In this document: piece after piece, positions 12,080 to 26,081 of the stretch | Numbering within the stretch: the first letter of the stretch is position 1 | Layout of the letters: each line of letters begins with the position of its first letter | Notes under the pieces: model-generated | What the model saw: the letters and a program-made list of their open reading frames with translations, nothing else | Told to the model about the DNA's origin: nothing | The model's database searches: none | Assembly: GCA_965649825.1 (NCBI GenBank) | Contig: OZ287697.1 | Span: 769,635 to 833,634, forward strand | Reading direction: 5' to 3' | DNA: 64,000 bases | Source: Penicillus capitatus | Lineage: Eukaryota > Plantae > Chlorophyta | Program-made: the position numbers and the translations under genes

Positions 12080-13239
12080 TCAGAGATCTCTGATGGAGTA
12101 GTCCGTTTCGCCGATCCAGGATTCGCCTGGTCCAACGATTTGTGGCCCATAACAGGCGTTTTCGACGCAGACGAATTTTTCATAGTAGTCTGGCATGATC
12201 ATATAGGGATTCCAGCAGACGACATCTTTCCACGTCTTCGATGACATCTGCACGAACACACACATTTACAGGGGAACGATATCGGCGGCGAGGACTGACC
12301 GCAATGGCGGCGCCTGTTCCAACATCGAGCTCCACGTAATCTTTGGCGTCGAGAAAAACGCAATCGACATGTCCCGGGAAAGTAAGAACCTCATCCTCCA
12401 TCACTCCCTCGGTGGGATTGTTTGGGTCCGGTACTTTGTTGAGCGTTTTCAGTCCCTGCAGTCCAGTGACACGCGCTTTGCTGACGTGAGCCACTTCAAA
12501 GTACCCATGCAAGGCACCGGTGAAGCTCAAAACGGCATCGCCCGTATTCACCACACGAAATTCGGTACACAGATGATCGCCGTGCAATGTGACTGTATAG
12601 ACCACCTTGAAAGCATGAGGATAGATCTCACGCGTCTCTTCCGAATCTTCCAGCGTCAGTTCGACACGCGGGTCGCGATCATCTGGCTGTGGATCGGCTG
12701 ATGAAGACACAAGCTGCCAATCAAGATTCCGTGCGAAGCCATGTTGCGGCAGCGCTCCGGGGCCAAACTAGACATCCATACGGCCGATAATTAACGATCG
12801 ATGTGATCGCGAATAAGGCGACTTGAGGAAAGCAGATAGGGATGCCGCCAGAGATCGGCTTGGATTTGTCGAAGACGGCATCAGGTCGTACGTAAAGGAC
12901 CTCGTTGCCACTCGGCTGCTTCCATGATGTCACACAGGCGCCAAAGAGATAGATCTCTGCTGCAGCACCACAGGCATGGCGTAGGATGACTTTGGGCAAT
13001 CCGCCTGTTCCTTCGACGACATCGATGCTTCCTTCGATGCCGAACGCCTCCTGAAGCTGCGTGACAGATGTCGCCACTTTTTGTGAGCCTTCCATGGCGG
13101 CCGTGATGACTGCGCCTCGTGGGCCACGTCGCTTCGGAGGGCAAAGACGTCGTCGAGGAGGTGACGGTGGACAGAGATGGCAGGATCGAGGCACGAATGG
13201 ACGTCGAACGGGCGTCGCCGTTTTTGACAGACGCAGCAT
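12080..13239 (-). CDS. Aldose 1-epimerase family protein (glucose-6-phosphate 1-epimerase-like), plastid transit peptide, multi-exon
   Basis: AEIYLFGACVTSWK, KPISGGIPICFPQ/FGPGALPQHGFARNL, FTGALHGYF, DVVCWNP and FVCVENA. Confidence 0.93.
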
Positions 13240-13304
13240 CACGCGGCCCTGTTTGTACGTTCGTCAACATCAACGTTTCTGCATTTTTCTGCTGAGCGCT
13301 GCTG

Positions 13305-13732
13305 ATGAGCGCGATTCCCGACGCAAAGACGTTGGGAGTGCGTGACCCGCTTGAGAACGCAACCGAGGCATCGACCGCTTCGAAGAGTCAAGCCAAGAAA
13401 GACACCGAACAAGAGGGAGCCGTTCACATACGCGTTCAGCAACGCAATGGACGCAAGAGCTTAACAACAGTACAGGGACTGCCGCAACGTCTGGACAAGA
13501 AAAAGATTTTGAAAGCTCTGAAAAAAGACTTCTGCTGTAACGGCACCGTCGTCGAAGATCCCGAACTCGGTTCCATTCTCCAACTCCAAGGCGACCAGAG
13601 AAAGAACGTCTCACAGTTTCTCGTTGAGGTCAGGGTCGAATCGCGTATTGCGAGTTTGGCTGAGGGGATAGGGGATGGTGTGTCCAGGCGAGGATTGTGA
13701 AAAAGGAGTACGTGAAGATTCATGGATTCTAA
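13305..13732 (+). CDS. SUI1: Translation initiation factor eIF1 (SUI1), 2 exons
   Basis: VHIRVQQRNGRKSLTTVQGL, KKDFCCNGTVVED, IQLQGDQR. Exon 2 ARIVKKEYVKIHGF* ends at 13732. Confidence 0.97.
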
Positions 13733-13988
13733 TGCAGTTTGGTCTTTGAGCTTGACAAGACAGGACACAGAGCATGTGTGTGGATTTATTCAATAGAGGA
13801 AGGCTCGATGAAAAACTCGCTGTGTTTCTTGCTGTGTTCCATGCGCGATTCTGACGCGAGAGATGAGTCAACGCCACGCGATTGACGATATTGACGTGGC
13901 AAACAGCGTCTCGACGAGCCACACTCGGGCACACGTACAGAGACGAGTGATTTCAGTGAAGTAAAGGCAAGGGGAGCGTGACGGTGAC

Positions 13989-16900
13989 ATGAAAGCCGCT
14001 CGCGTTCCGAGTCTAAATCGCCATGGATCATTGCGTCCGCAGATGCTCGACTGTCTTGACAAGTCATTGGACGAGTGGCCAGATATCGTCGGCAATGACG
14101 CGGAGGTGACAGAAGTGATCGACTTTGTGCGATTTCGGCACTTGTGGAGGAGAGATCGAAACGTAGGCGTGTTTCTGGGGTCGCCTCAGAATCTGTGTGC
14201 GACGGTTGCTGACATCGGATGTCGTGGAGCGTCTCGTTCTGTTGCTGATTGTGGCGAACTGCATTGCCCTCGGATTCGAAAGCCATCGTCCGGGATTCGA
14301 AGAAACGACAGCGGGCAGAGTACTCGGCGTGCTGGAGTTCTTCTTCCTCTCGGTCTTTACCATCGAAATGCTGATGAAGATGATATCTTTTGGCGTCGTT
14401 TCTGCACCGGGCGCTTATCTCAGAGACGGTAGGATGGTATGACACAGAAGGGCATCCGATGCTGATGTCGCTTGCAGGTTGGAATGTACTGGATTTTGTT
14501 GTGATCGTTCTCGGCTGGGTGGCATTCTCGCCTTCTGTCGGGAACTATTCTTCATTGAGGGCAGTGCGAGTGCTGCGGTCGCTCAGAACGATTACAGGCA
14601 TTCCTGGAATGCGTGTATGTATGCCGCTGCTTCGTGGTGAGGATATCTGAGAAGGCTTTGTTTCTTTAGAGACTCGTGACGACGTTGCTGAAGTCTCTGC
14701 CGCTGCTGTTCGACGTTTTGCTCCTCTGCACCTTCGCTTACTTCATTTTTGGCATCATGGGCGTTCAGCTCTTCTCGGGCGCACTCATCTATCGGTACAG
14801 CACCAACCCATCCTTTGTTCTTACGTTTGGTCTTCGACGCTCAGGTGTGGATGTCCACGAGAGCTGCTGCTATCCGTGGATGCTGTTGTCGAGGGTCAGG
14901 AAGCAACAGCCTGTCAAGAAGGATCGATCTCGGACAGTATTGAGTTCGTCCGACTGAACGCGCAGCTCTATGCCAGGAACGATCATAACGAGCTCGTTTC
15001 GGTCTATCGATGCCCGCAACATACAACAGACGACTGTCCAGATGGACTGGTCTGTGCCAAAACGGGCAACCCCAACTACGGCATCCTGAACTTTGATAAC
15101 ATCCTCTGGGCGTGGCTCACGATTTTCCAAGTCATCTCGATGGAAGGCTGGACCAATGTGATGTATACCATCCAAGATGCCGTCTCTCAGCTCAGCTGGA
15201 TATACTTTTTGGTCCTCATTATCGTCGGGTCCTTCTTTGCGGTCAATCTCGCATTTGCTGTTCTTTACCTTCAGTTCACCAGTGCCGATTCCCGGCCAGA
15301 TGACAACGCGGGAGGAAGCTCGGAGAGTTCCGTCGACGACGTTTCCAGCACAACAGCTGCTAGTCTCGAGATTCCAGTCACATCACAACACTGGCTGCAA
15401 CTCCGTTGTTATCAGCTACAGGACTCCGCCGCCATGGAGATTCTCACCATGATGCTCATCGTGATCAACGTCGGTGTCATGGCCGCTGATCATCATGGGA
15501 TGCCGAAGTGGCAGGAGACAATGGCCGAGATCATCAACACGATCGTCGCTGTGTTCTTTCTCTTAGAAATGGTGATCAAGATGGTGGGACTGGGATGGAG
15601 AGGCTACCTCAGAGATCGCATGCACCTTTTCGACGGCGTCATAGCCCTGGCCGGCGCGATCGAGCTGCTCATCCTTGTGGATGGTGGTGCCATATCTGGC
15701 GTCGGTGGATCGCTCTATGTCTTCCGTGTCTTTCGCCTGCTCAGAATTTTCAAACTCTCACGTTCGTGGAACGAACTGCACAAAATCGTGGGGACCATAC
15801 ATGGAAGCATCGCCTCTGTGGCAAATCTCTGTCTCATCTTCTTTCTCTTCATCATCGTCATGGCGCTCCTCGGGATGCAGCTCTTTGGATTCAGACTGCA
15901 GTTCTGCACCGTTGCTGGAGCACAGTCTCTCTGTCCTCCAGGAAGAAGCCACTGTCCAGATCATCCAGACTGTTATTTTCCTTGCCAGGCGGATCAAAAA
16001 GATCAGTGGTTTTCGATCACTGGCTCTCCTTACAACGATATGGCCTACTGCGAAGCATTCGACACCGAAGTGCTGTCACATCCGTTCTGGGCCCACGTTG
16101 GATCTGCCCATGTACCACGGCACAACTTCGATACATTCTTCTGGGCATTTCTCACAGCTTTTCAGATACTGACAGGCGAAAACTGGAACGAAGTGATGTA
16201 CGATGTCATGCGCTCGACCTCTTACCTTTCAGCCGGCTATTGCATGGTGATCATCATCATCGGCAACTACATCCTCCTCAATCTCTTTCTCGCTATTCTC
16301 TTGGATCACTTTGCTGGACTCGACGTCAACAGCACCTCGGTCGAGAACGAAATGCCACAAGAGGCACAAGTAGAATCGCGACCGGAGACGGAGAGCATCG
16401 CCGATTCGGTAGAGAGTGTGTTCATCAGTACAGAGAGCAGTGTCCAAGATGTTCATATCCAGTGCAGTCGAGCACCATCTTCTGTCCCTACTTCGGAGGA
16501 CACCACCCTCTCTCCCGAAGCATATCTCGTCGGGCACTCGCTCATGGTCTTCTCGCCCACGCATCCCCTGCGTTGGATCATCCACCGTATCGTTTCGCAT
16601 CGATTCTTCGAACGACTGGTCATCTTTCTCATTCTCTGCTCCTCGATCTCGATGGCTATGGAATCGCCGTCTCTGGATGAGAGCTCCGTTACGGGACGCC
16701 TGGTACGCATCGGTGATTCGCTGTATGTTTTGCTCTTTGGCATCGAAGCCGCACTGAAGATCGTGGCTTTTGGGTTTCTGTTCAATGGACCGGGGAGTTA
16801 TCTACGTGACCGATGGAACGTACTGGATTTCGTGATTCTGCTCGTCGGCTTCGTCTTTCAGATTCGGGCCAACATTGAAGAGCTCAAATCCATCCGAGCG

Positions 16901-19262
16901 CTCAGAGTGCTGCGATGTCTAAGGCCCCTGAGACTGGCATCGCGTTTTAAGGGACTCAAAGTCGTCCTCCATTCACTCCTGCAGAGCATTCCACCTTTGC
17001 TCAATGTGGCACTCGTCTGTCTTTTCTTCTTCTTTACATTTGCCATTCTTGGCATCAATTTGCTCAAAGTACAGAAACATTGCCGGCGTCTTATGGGATC
17101 ACCGTGAGAAGTTTCTAGGGAGAGTTCTACTACTGCGCAGACGAAGACGGCAATAGGATAGATCCCGATGCCGCCGGATGTGATATCGATCGGGAATGGT
17201 GTAACGAAGGACAGCACGTCTTCAATACCTCTGCCTATCATAACTCCATTGGCGTTTCCATCCCACCCTACACCGTTCACCATAAGTACCGCCGCCTCGT
17301 ATCGAATGAAAGGTGGTCGGTGCGTGCACATAGGTGGATCAATCGCGCGTCGAATTTTGACAACGTTGGCTCAGCCATGTTGGCGCTCTTCGAGATGAGC
17401 ACGTTGGAAATGTGGCTGGATATCATGTACAACGGTATGGATGCTGTCGGCGTCGATCGACAGCCGAAGAGAGATCACAACAGCGCCATCGCCGTTTTCT
17501 TCGTCAGTTTCGTGATCATCGGCGCCTTCTTCATCCTCAATCTCTTCGTCAGCGTGACCATCGACAAAGTAACCGTCACATCAACGTCGCATCACCGAAC
17601 CGTCGCCCCTTTGCCACAGTTCCACGAAATCAAGCACCGACAGGAAGGGCGGCTCTATTTGCTTACCAAGGAACAGGAGGAATGGGTCATCACACAACGC
17701 TACTTATGGGTGGCACGGCCATTGCGCCACTACGTCCCTCCGAAAGACTCCTGGCGTCGCTGGATCTTCGACGGCGTTCATTCAACCTTCTTCGAATTGC
17801 TCATCATGACAGTCACCCTTCTCAACGTCGCCGCCCTTGCCTGCACACATCACGACATGCAACCGTCTGTCCAGAACGCCATCGACATCGCCAACTTCAC
17901 CTGCACGATCTTCTTCGTCGCAGAAGTCGCTGTCAAGCTCATCGGCCTCGGACCACGGAACTACTGTCGAGTACATCACTCCTGTTCCCATTGTCCTCTC
18001 TCTGCATTGACGAGACGATGATACGCAGGACCGATGGAATCTGTTCGATTTCACAGTGACGGCGCTGTCCCTCGCTGGCAGTCCGTTCATCGTGGCGACC
18101 GAGATGCCACTCGTCTCGATGTTTCGCGTTTTTCGCGTCGTGCGTCTCCTGCGACTCATTCCGAAAGCGACGGGACTCCGAACCCTTTTCCAGACACTGG
18201 CTTTCTCTTTTCCTGCCCTATTCAATGTCGGCGGCGTGCTGTCGTTGTTTTTCTTCATCTATGCTGTTGCTGGTGTACAGCTCTTTGGCGCTATCCGGCG
18301 AGGCAATTACCTCAACCGACATGCGAATTTTGACGATTTTGGACGCGCTTTGCTGACGCTGTTTCGAATAGCGACAGGAGAATCGTGGAACGCCATCATG
18401 TATGACATCATCCAATGCACCAACTGCATCCAACTGACACACAGCCTGACGATCAACGACACCTTCTACCCAAAAGGCATTCCCTGAACGCAATTCCGCG
18501 ACAAGTGCAGGATCGCACGGACGCTGTAGGAACGTGCTTTTCTCCTGGTGATGTGACATTGGATGCGATTCCGGAGTCGGATCTCGGAGATCGATGCCAA
18601 TCGTATTCCTGGATCACCATCATCTACTTCTGCAGCTTCATCCTGCTCGTCGCCTTTATTCTCTTAAACGTCGTCATCGCCGTTATTCTGGACAACTTCC
18701 AAATCAGTTCGCGCAAAGAAGATCTGATTATCAAAGTCCAACACATCGAAGAATTTGCCAAAGTCCATCGCACACCACCTTCCACATCCACCCGTCTCAT
18801 CTCTCTTTGATACAGGTCTGGTCTGAGATGGACCCACAGGCCACATGGTATATTCCCACGTCGAAGCTGCCGATGCTGCTTCATGAACTGAGTCCGCCAC
18901 TGGGGACAAAGGGAACCGTGAATGGAATAGCTGAGACGCTGGCTGTCATTCTCTCGTTGGATATTCCAGATCGAGATTCCCACGTGCATTTCTTGGAGAC
19001 GTTGCACTGTCTCATGGGTCATGCCGCCGGAACGGAGCTTCCTTTGGAGGAGGATCTGCGAATCCATGGACAGATGTTTCATCTCCTTCCCAAAACGACA
19101 GAAGAGCCAGAATACACGGCCGCACACTATCATTCTGGCAAATACGTCCAGGCATCCATTCGCGGATTCTTGATACGTGAGAGAATGGCCAAAAACATCG
19201 AGCAGCACCATCTGTCAGCAGTCCAGACACTCAGACCACAGTATAAGCTGTTGGAGAATTGA
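13989..19262 (+). CDS. Four-domain voltage-gated cation channel alpha subunit, Ca2+-type EEEE filter, multi-exon
   Basis: Four S1-S6 repeats with Arg-rich S4 segments (LRAVRVLRSLR; FRVFRLLRIFKL; IRALRVLRCLRPLR; FRVFRVVRLLRL). Pore loops SMEGW, TGENW, TLEMW, TGESW. C-terminal EF-hand-like WSEMDPQATWYI and IQ-like KYVQASIRGF. Confidence 0.95.
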
Positions 19263-19263
19263 A

Positions 19264-20146
19264 TCAGAGTTGCTGCTCTTTGAGTTGTTCCTCACACAGT
19301 GCCTTGGCCGATGCTCGATCCCGTCCATCACATTGTGACAAGACGTGTGTGAGAAACAGAAGGTGAGGGACGGATGCTGTGCGCAGCCAGATAAGACCAT
19401 TCATTCCCACAATGATCTCAAATCGGATGTGTTGGCCCAAAAGAGAGAGAAGGGGATGGAGGGGAGTCGATAGAAGACTCCTGGCAAAGGCAGTGGTCAC
19501 GTGGGTCAGTGTCCCTCCGTGCAGGACCCCCATGCCGGCTGCCTTTCCGTGTCGATCCACGCAGGAGAGCGTTGGATGGGAGAAGGGATAGGTAGAGGTG
19601 ATCCGTGCATGCACGAGATCTCCTGGTGTCAGAGGAGGGACGTTGCGCTTCGTGACGTTCTCGAATGATGTGACAGGTAACTCAGCAAAGCAGCTTCCGT
19701 TGATGTCCACCAGAAACGCCTGTACAAAAACAAAAGGCATCAGTCGTGGTCGCGGTCGCGGGGGTGGACAATTGTTCCACCTCGGCATTGCGGTCTTGCA
19801 CAATTCCGACCACTGCTTCGTCGGCGGCTGGAACGTATCTAGAGCACATACGTCACATCAGAGAAAGAGTGAGAGACATGTGTGAGATGCCGTTTCTGCT
19901 GCGACTTGATCCAAAGTTTGCCGCTCTTCGTTTGGCTGAGCACGCCCAGCTGCGTCGCGGTAACGGCACTTGGGGTCTGTCCCGTGACCTGCAGTCCAGG
20001 GCCCAGTCGTAGCTTCCCACTCGGCGGCAATGTCGCTAGCACACGATCGCCAGGCAGCACGACCTAAACGCAGAGGCCTGCCGTTGCCTCCCGCCATAAC
20101 TCCAAACGACCTGTCCAACGCGTTCGTGCTTTTTGCTCGTTTTCAT
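19264..20146 (-). CDS. RRP40: Exosome complex subunit Rrp40, multi-exon
   Basis: VVLPGD, LRLGPGL, VTATQLGVL, FENVTKRNVPPLTPGDLVHAR and FEIIVGMNGLIWL. Confidence 0.9.
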
Positions 20147-20229
20147 CGTCGCTACGTATGTCGATGTACAAAATGATGCACCAGTCCTGTTTCACAGTCT
20201 ACGATCTCGTATACGGTTCAAAATGACAT

Positions 20230-22993
20230 TCAGGTCTCATTTGCATTGGGGGAAGGTTCGGCAGATGCCACGCATTGAAAATCGGGCCATTGAGGTTCCT
20301 CAGGCTCCGGTGGCGATTCCTCCTCCGATCTCTGTTCCACCAGTTTCCAACACATCTGTAGATTCACTCTTCCTTGGGCAGGGGCATTGGTCCTCTTGTT
20401 TGTCAGCGGCAGTGTAAAGGGATGCACTTCCCCAGGCGGATCCAGCAAAGCTGCAATGGGCAGCTTGAATACGCCCAAAGATGTGTCCGCCACCACCCCT
20501 TTGTCCTTGACCTCTCCGTGCAGCACCGCTGAATCGCGAACGCGACTCCACGCAAAGGACTCTTTCCAGACAGGATTCAGATTATCGCGGATGAACTTCG
20601 ACACCTTTGGACTGCCTCCAATCTAACACACCCGTAGCAATGCTCACACACGCGTCAGACGATTTGCGAGGCCAGACAGACCTTGAGAATGACAAAGGGA
20701 TCGCTCAGGCTCATGGTATCGACGTTTCTGAGGTCTTCCGCCGAGATGAGGCGAACGAAGAGCACGCCCTGTAAGGATGTATCGACAAGGGATCGAAACT
20801 TTCGCGTCGCTGATCTGTGAACCGGAAGAGGATTGCGATCCAGAGGCACCCATTCAATCAACAGAGACACATCTCCACGATTGCCCTCCAATTCCAACAC
20901 GCATTGCACCGGAGACGGCTGAGCACAGTAGCCGAATTCCTTGGCAATTGGAAGCAAAGGCAATTTGCCCTTGCCAAGCAGACGATCACTGAGCTTGCCT
21001 TTGTCATAGACCTCCACAAAGAGATCTTCCAAGGCACTGACATTGAACCAATCGACCGATTCGTTCCAGACTGGATCCCGGGTGTTCTTCAGTGCCTTCG
21101 TCGTCTTTTTGATGTGATCGAGCCAGAGGACGCAGTAAGGATCACTGATGCCGACGTTGTCGACGGAATGGAGATTGTTACCCTTCAGCACGGTCAGAAA
21201 GACCAGTCCACGCGGAGTGCTGTCTGTTGTACTCTCCTTCGTGTTTCCGGCGCGCATCGCTTCGAGAGAATAGTACGTGAGCTGAAGGCGGATTTCTCCA
21301 CAGCCTTGTCCCGGTCCATCGAGATCTCCCCAGTCTCTGTTGCCGAGGGGATGCCACTCGTCACGCATTTCGCCCATTGTTAAGTTCTGCAGACTTACAA
21401 AGCAGCGTCCCTGAAGCTCAGACGTCGTCATCGTCAATGCACCGACCAGTGTCGATTCCTGATCTCTGACAGTGACTCTGAGAAGCTGCTCGATTTCTTG
21501 GACTTTCAGAAAGAGCGTCTCATTCCATTTGGGACAATCTGTGTTGTGGATGATCTGAAGGGAGCAATGAATGGGGATGGGGCAAGAGTGTGGATCGTCT
21601 CACCTTTGTTTTGATGGGTTTCAGTGCGACAGTCTCTAAGACGGCAAACGGGTCGCCTTTGCCGATGATGTCGGCCTTGGGTAGACCTCTCGCTTCGACC
21701 ACTGTCACTTTGAGCACACCCTTTGTGTGGAGCTCGAGATTGTCGAGGGGTCCAGTCACATCAGGGGGTAGAAGTGGCACGATGATTCTGTTCGGCCAGA
21801 CAAGCATGTTTCCAAGCAGATCGTTCTTGAGAAAAGGAATGAGCCATGATTCGATGAGCTCTCCGATTCCTGGGCCACAATCCAGATCAAACGTGACGAA
21901 AGGCGGCGACTGGAAGGAAAGCAGGAGTGCTCCGACGGCTGGCATTTTCGGCACCATGCGTGCCAGAGCGATGCGAACGTTGGCAAAGAAACTGAGGCGC
22001 TTCACGGCAGGCGTGATGAGTCCGGCGCCCACCACTTCGACACCGATGGCCAGATGCGCATCGCCGTGCCAACTGCAGATGCATACACACAGACGTTGAT
22101 CAGAAGGACCGCAGCATCGACAGGTGGTCACCGGATGCCCATTTCGAGGACAATCTCGCCGATGTCCTCTTTGATCACAGCGACGTGGGTGATCGTGAAC
22201 GGAGCCATACCGAATGTGAGTTTCTTGAATTTGATCGCACTGACGAACACCGGTTTGTACTGCATCATGATGGGTTCCACCGTTTCCGCGATCTTCTTAC
22301 AGATGGCCGCATCATAAAATTTCCAGACCTGCTGGATCAGGTTGTTGATGGAAGAGACTTGCTCGCTTCGCCCAAAATCTATCCAGTATGGCACGGCTCC
22401 CATCAAAACCTTGAGTTCTCGACTGCCATACTCAAAATCCAGAATCTGTCTCGTCCGATCCTTCTCTTTCCTGCCGTTGGAGAACAGACAGATCCATAGG
22501 AGCAGGTCGCGTCAATCACATCACACTTGGTTTTCTTGTAACGTCGCATCAGAGTGAGACCAGTCCAGGCGCCTGCTGCCAAGCCTGCCATGAATTCCAC
22601 CGACATCGACCGAACATGAATCTCCCATCCTCTGAACATTGCCCAGCCGCCTAATCCTGCGTCGTTCGTCCCTTTGCAAGGAGTGAGATGTCGTGGAAAG
22701 GTGTGACCGAATGTAATGGCGTTAAGTATGAGCGAGAGCCGTAGTCCTTTGCGTTTCTTCTGTCGCGGAACCCTCTGCGCCGCCGGACGCAAAGTGGTAT
22801 CCGCTTCTCCGATACCCTCTCCCTCGTCCACCTCGACTGTCTCCATCTCAACCTCCACATTGACATCTGTCGCCACCGCCGGCGCCTCACTCGGTTCCCC
22901 TAGTCGTCACATCCGATCTTCGTATCGACGACAATCGTGCTGCGCACCGTCTTGCGGTTGGATCGTCTCCGCCGTTGCTGCGACAATCTCCAT
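20230..22993 (-). CDS. Synaptotagmin / extended-synaptotagmin-like protein (TM + SMP + multiple C2 domains), multi-exon
   Basis: SMP region (EQVSSINNLIQQVWKFYD...KKLTFGMAPF; MLVWPNRIIVPL) and C2 domains (GVLKVTVVEARGLPKADIIGKGDPF; SDPYCVLWL; LFVRLISAEDLRNVDTMSLSDPFV). Confidence 0.9.
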
Positions 22994-23065
22994 TTTGAAA
23001 AATAGATTTCCGACGCATACAATAGGTGTGTTCGTTCGTCTGTCCCTTCATTCAGGACGTGACTG

Positions 23066-23525
23066 CTATTCTTTCCCTTTTGCTTTATCCTCCACTTCCT
23101 GACGCCCTTCACGATATCCTTGGATGAAATACGCGATCGTTTTGGTCAAGACGCGCGCTTTCGAATAGTAAATCTTCTGAAGGAGAAGACGCAGATCACG
23201 TCCGCTTTCTTGCGTCAACTCTTTCCAATCGATCTCTCCCCAGTCCTCCTTCGCATCCTTTCTCTTTTTCTCCTCCTCAATATACTTGAGATGCACTGGC
23301 CTTATCGGAACGCGACGCCACGAGTCAATATAGTCCAACGTTCCTTCACGAAAAGCCTACATCAAAAGATGTGACCTTCACGTTCGCAGTTTCCCTCCCT
23401 GCCATCTTGTAATCCTTCAGCGTCCACTTGGGAGGCAGCGGCGTCCCGGGTGGCGGCGGAAGACCGGCCGGAGAGAGAATTTCCTTCAAGTCGTTGCGGA
23501 TATAACGGACGATGCGTTGCAGCAT
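23066..23525 (-). CDS. Uncharacterised small protein (2 exons)
   Basis: MLQRIVRYIRNDLKEILSPAGLPPPPGTPLPPKWTLKDYKM/AFREGTLDYIDSW...KTIAYFIQGYREGRQE. A continuous frame needs one ~47-nt intron, apparently with a GC donor. Confidence 0.6.
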
Positions 23526-23593
23526 ATCTTCAACGTGTTCGTACGTTCATCTGTGTGCTGCGCATTGACATTTGCTTCGCATCGTGTTTTCGG

Positions 23594-26002
23594 ATGTCCG
23601 TCATGTTACACCATCATCCAGGACGCACGCTATCGCCGGCGACTAACGGGTCGACGCGTCCGACTCTCGGGCGCACGTCGACGCGTGTTCTCTTCCGGCG
23701 TCACTCGACGCCTCTGAGTCTTCCCCGTCTGACCGCCCGACCTCTGTCGGTGAGAGTACCCCCATTTTCGCGTTAGGTCAACGATCGCGTCTCTGCGTCA
23801 GATTCCGAAGCGTGAGCTGCGCCATGTGTCAAGAAAAGGACCGACGGTCGCCCTCATCGCGACGGAGGCCGTTTCGTCCTTCGCTGATCCCCTTCCTCCG
23901 CGACGGATGGCGACACGGTAATCGGCCTGTCGCTTTCGACGGTCGCGCATCGATCGACCTCGCGTTGCAGACTGTACGCCACTGCGGCCTCAAGCGATGC
24001 CGCGGAGGAGCCGAAGAAATTCGGCGGGTTGACGCTTCTGACGTGGAAGAAGGTCTTTGCCCTAGGCTTTATGTTTTTCTGTATCCTTTTCAATTACACC
24101 ATCCTGCGCGACACCAAAGATGTCTTGGTCGTCACGGCGCCCGGCAGTGGAGCCGAGATCATTCCCTTCCTCAAGACGTGGGTCAATCTGCCGATGGCGA
24201 TCGGATTTACGATCATCTACGCAAAGGTCACGATCTCGTAGCTACCAAGAGACAGCAGAGTCATGGTCTGTCTGTAGCTCTCTAATGTACTGAGCAATGA
24301 AGCGCTCTTCTATACATGCATCTTTCCGTTTGTGGCCTTCTTTGGAGCATTTGCCTTTGTGATGTATCCTCTGAGGGACATCCTACATCCGACGGAGTTT
24401 GCACAGAAGCTCTTGGATTTCGCTGGTCCTCGATTCTCTGGACCGATTGCGATTCTGCGAAACTGGACGTTCTGTCTCTTCTACGTCATGGCAGAGCTAT
24501 GGGGATCCGTCGTCGTTTCCGTCCTCTTCTGGGGATTTGCCAATCAAGTCCGAACACATTCTCTCTCGGCACCACGCATTCGATCACTCTTTGATGTGAC
24601 GTCTAGATCACGAGTGTGGACGAAGCCACACAGTTTTATCCACTCTTTGGTCTGGGAGCCAACGTCGCGCTGATTCTCTCCGGACGTGCCGTCAAGTTTT
24701 TCTCACAGGCAAGAACAGCAGCCCGTGGGATCAACGCGCTCACGTAGTGATGACGGGTGGGTGTTAGATTCGTGCCAAACTGCCGCCGGGAGTCGATGGA
24801 TGGGGTGTTTCGTTAAAGGGACTGATGTCCATGGTCGTCTTTGGCGGCGCCATCATCACCGGTAAGCCCCCGCCTGTCATCACAGCAGCAGACACTCTGG
24901 GTGTTTTCAGCGCTGTACTGGTGGATGAACAGACAGATCGTTCCTCATGTGCCAAAACGCGCGGCAAAGAAGAAGAAGAAGAAAGCAAAGATGTCCGTCG
25001 GAGAAAGCTTTGCTTTCTTGCTAAAATCACGCTACATTCGTGATCTGGCCACTCTGGTGTGTCCTGCCCGCTCTCTTCTGTATGGACACCATCTGTGTTG
25101 CCCCATAGGTCATTGCCTACGGCATCAGCATCAATCTGGTGGAAGTCACATGGAAGAGCAAGCTGAAAGCGCAGTTTCCGAATCCCAATGACTACAGTGC
25201 CTTCATGGGTGACTTCTCTTCGGCTACCGGAACCGTCACACTCTTGCTCATGCTGGCATCTCGTTTCATCTTTGCGCATTTCGGTTGGGGTGTGGCAGCC
25301 CTGATCACTCCAGTGGTGTTGCTCATCACAGGGGCCGTCTTCTTTGGCCTGATTCTGTTTGGACAGCCTCTAGAGCCAACGCTGGCTGCCGTGGGTATGA
25401 CCCCTCTCTTTCTGGCTGTCCTGGTGGGCGCTGCACAGAACATCTTTTCTAAATCCTCCAAATATTCTCTCTTTGATCCCTGCAAAGAGACAGCCTACAT
25501 TCCTCTGGATGATGAAGTTCGAACGAAGGGCAAAGCAGCAATCGATGTCATCTGTAATCCCCTGGGCAAATCTGGTGGGGCACTGATCCAACAGGTTTTG
25601 ATTATCGGATTTGGATCCCTCTCTGCTTGCGTGCCCTATCTCGGTGGCATTCTGGTCTTCATCGTCGGCGCATGGATCGTCGCCGCTCGATCACTGGACC
25701 AACAGTTTACGGCACTGCAGAAAGAAGAGATGCGTGCCAAGCTGGCAGAAGCCAAGAAAGAACTCATCAAGAAACACAAGGCTGTCACACGATACCGCTA
25801 TGAGACGAAAGCGACAGACGAAGGATTTGCCGAAGGCAAGTGGGTGCCTGTCGACAGCAAAGATATCAGCGAACACGATATGGGAGAAGTGGATGTGACA
25901 AAGACATTAGGACAAGAGGCGGCGGCCGTAGAGCCCAAGCCATCCGATAATGGATCACCAGTGGATGTCAAGCCAGACACTTCTGAAACCAAAGCACTAT
26001 AG
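23594..26002 (+). CDS. NTT: Plastidic ATP/ADP transporter (NTT/TLC family), multi-exon
   Basis: FNYTILRDTKDVLVV, IIPFLKTWVNLP, FYVMAELWGSVV, FGWGVAALITP, KYSLFDPCKETAYIPLD and IDVICNPLGKSGGA. Confidence 0.97.
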
Positions 26003-26081
26003 AAAAGACCCATCCTTTTATGTTGCTGATTTTTTGAACTGTCTCGAACGTATGATGATGGTAGTCATGTCACGCCAGGTC

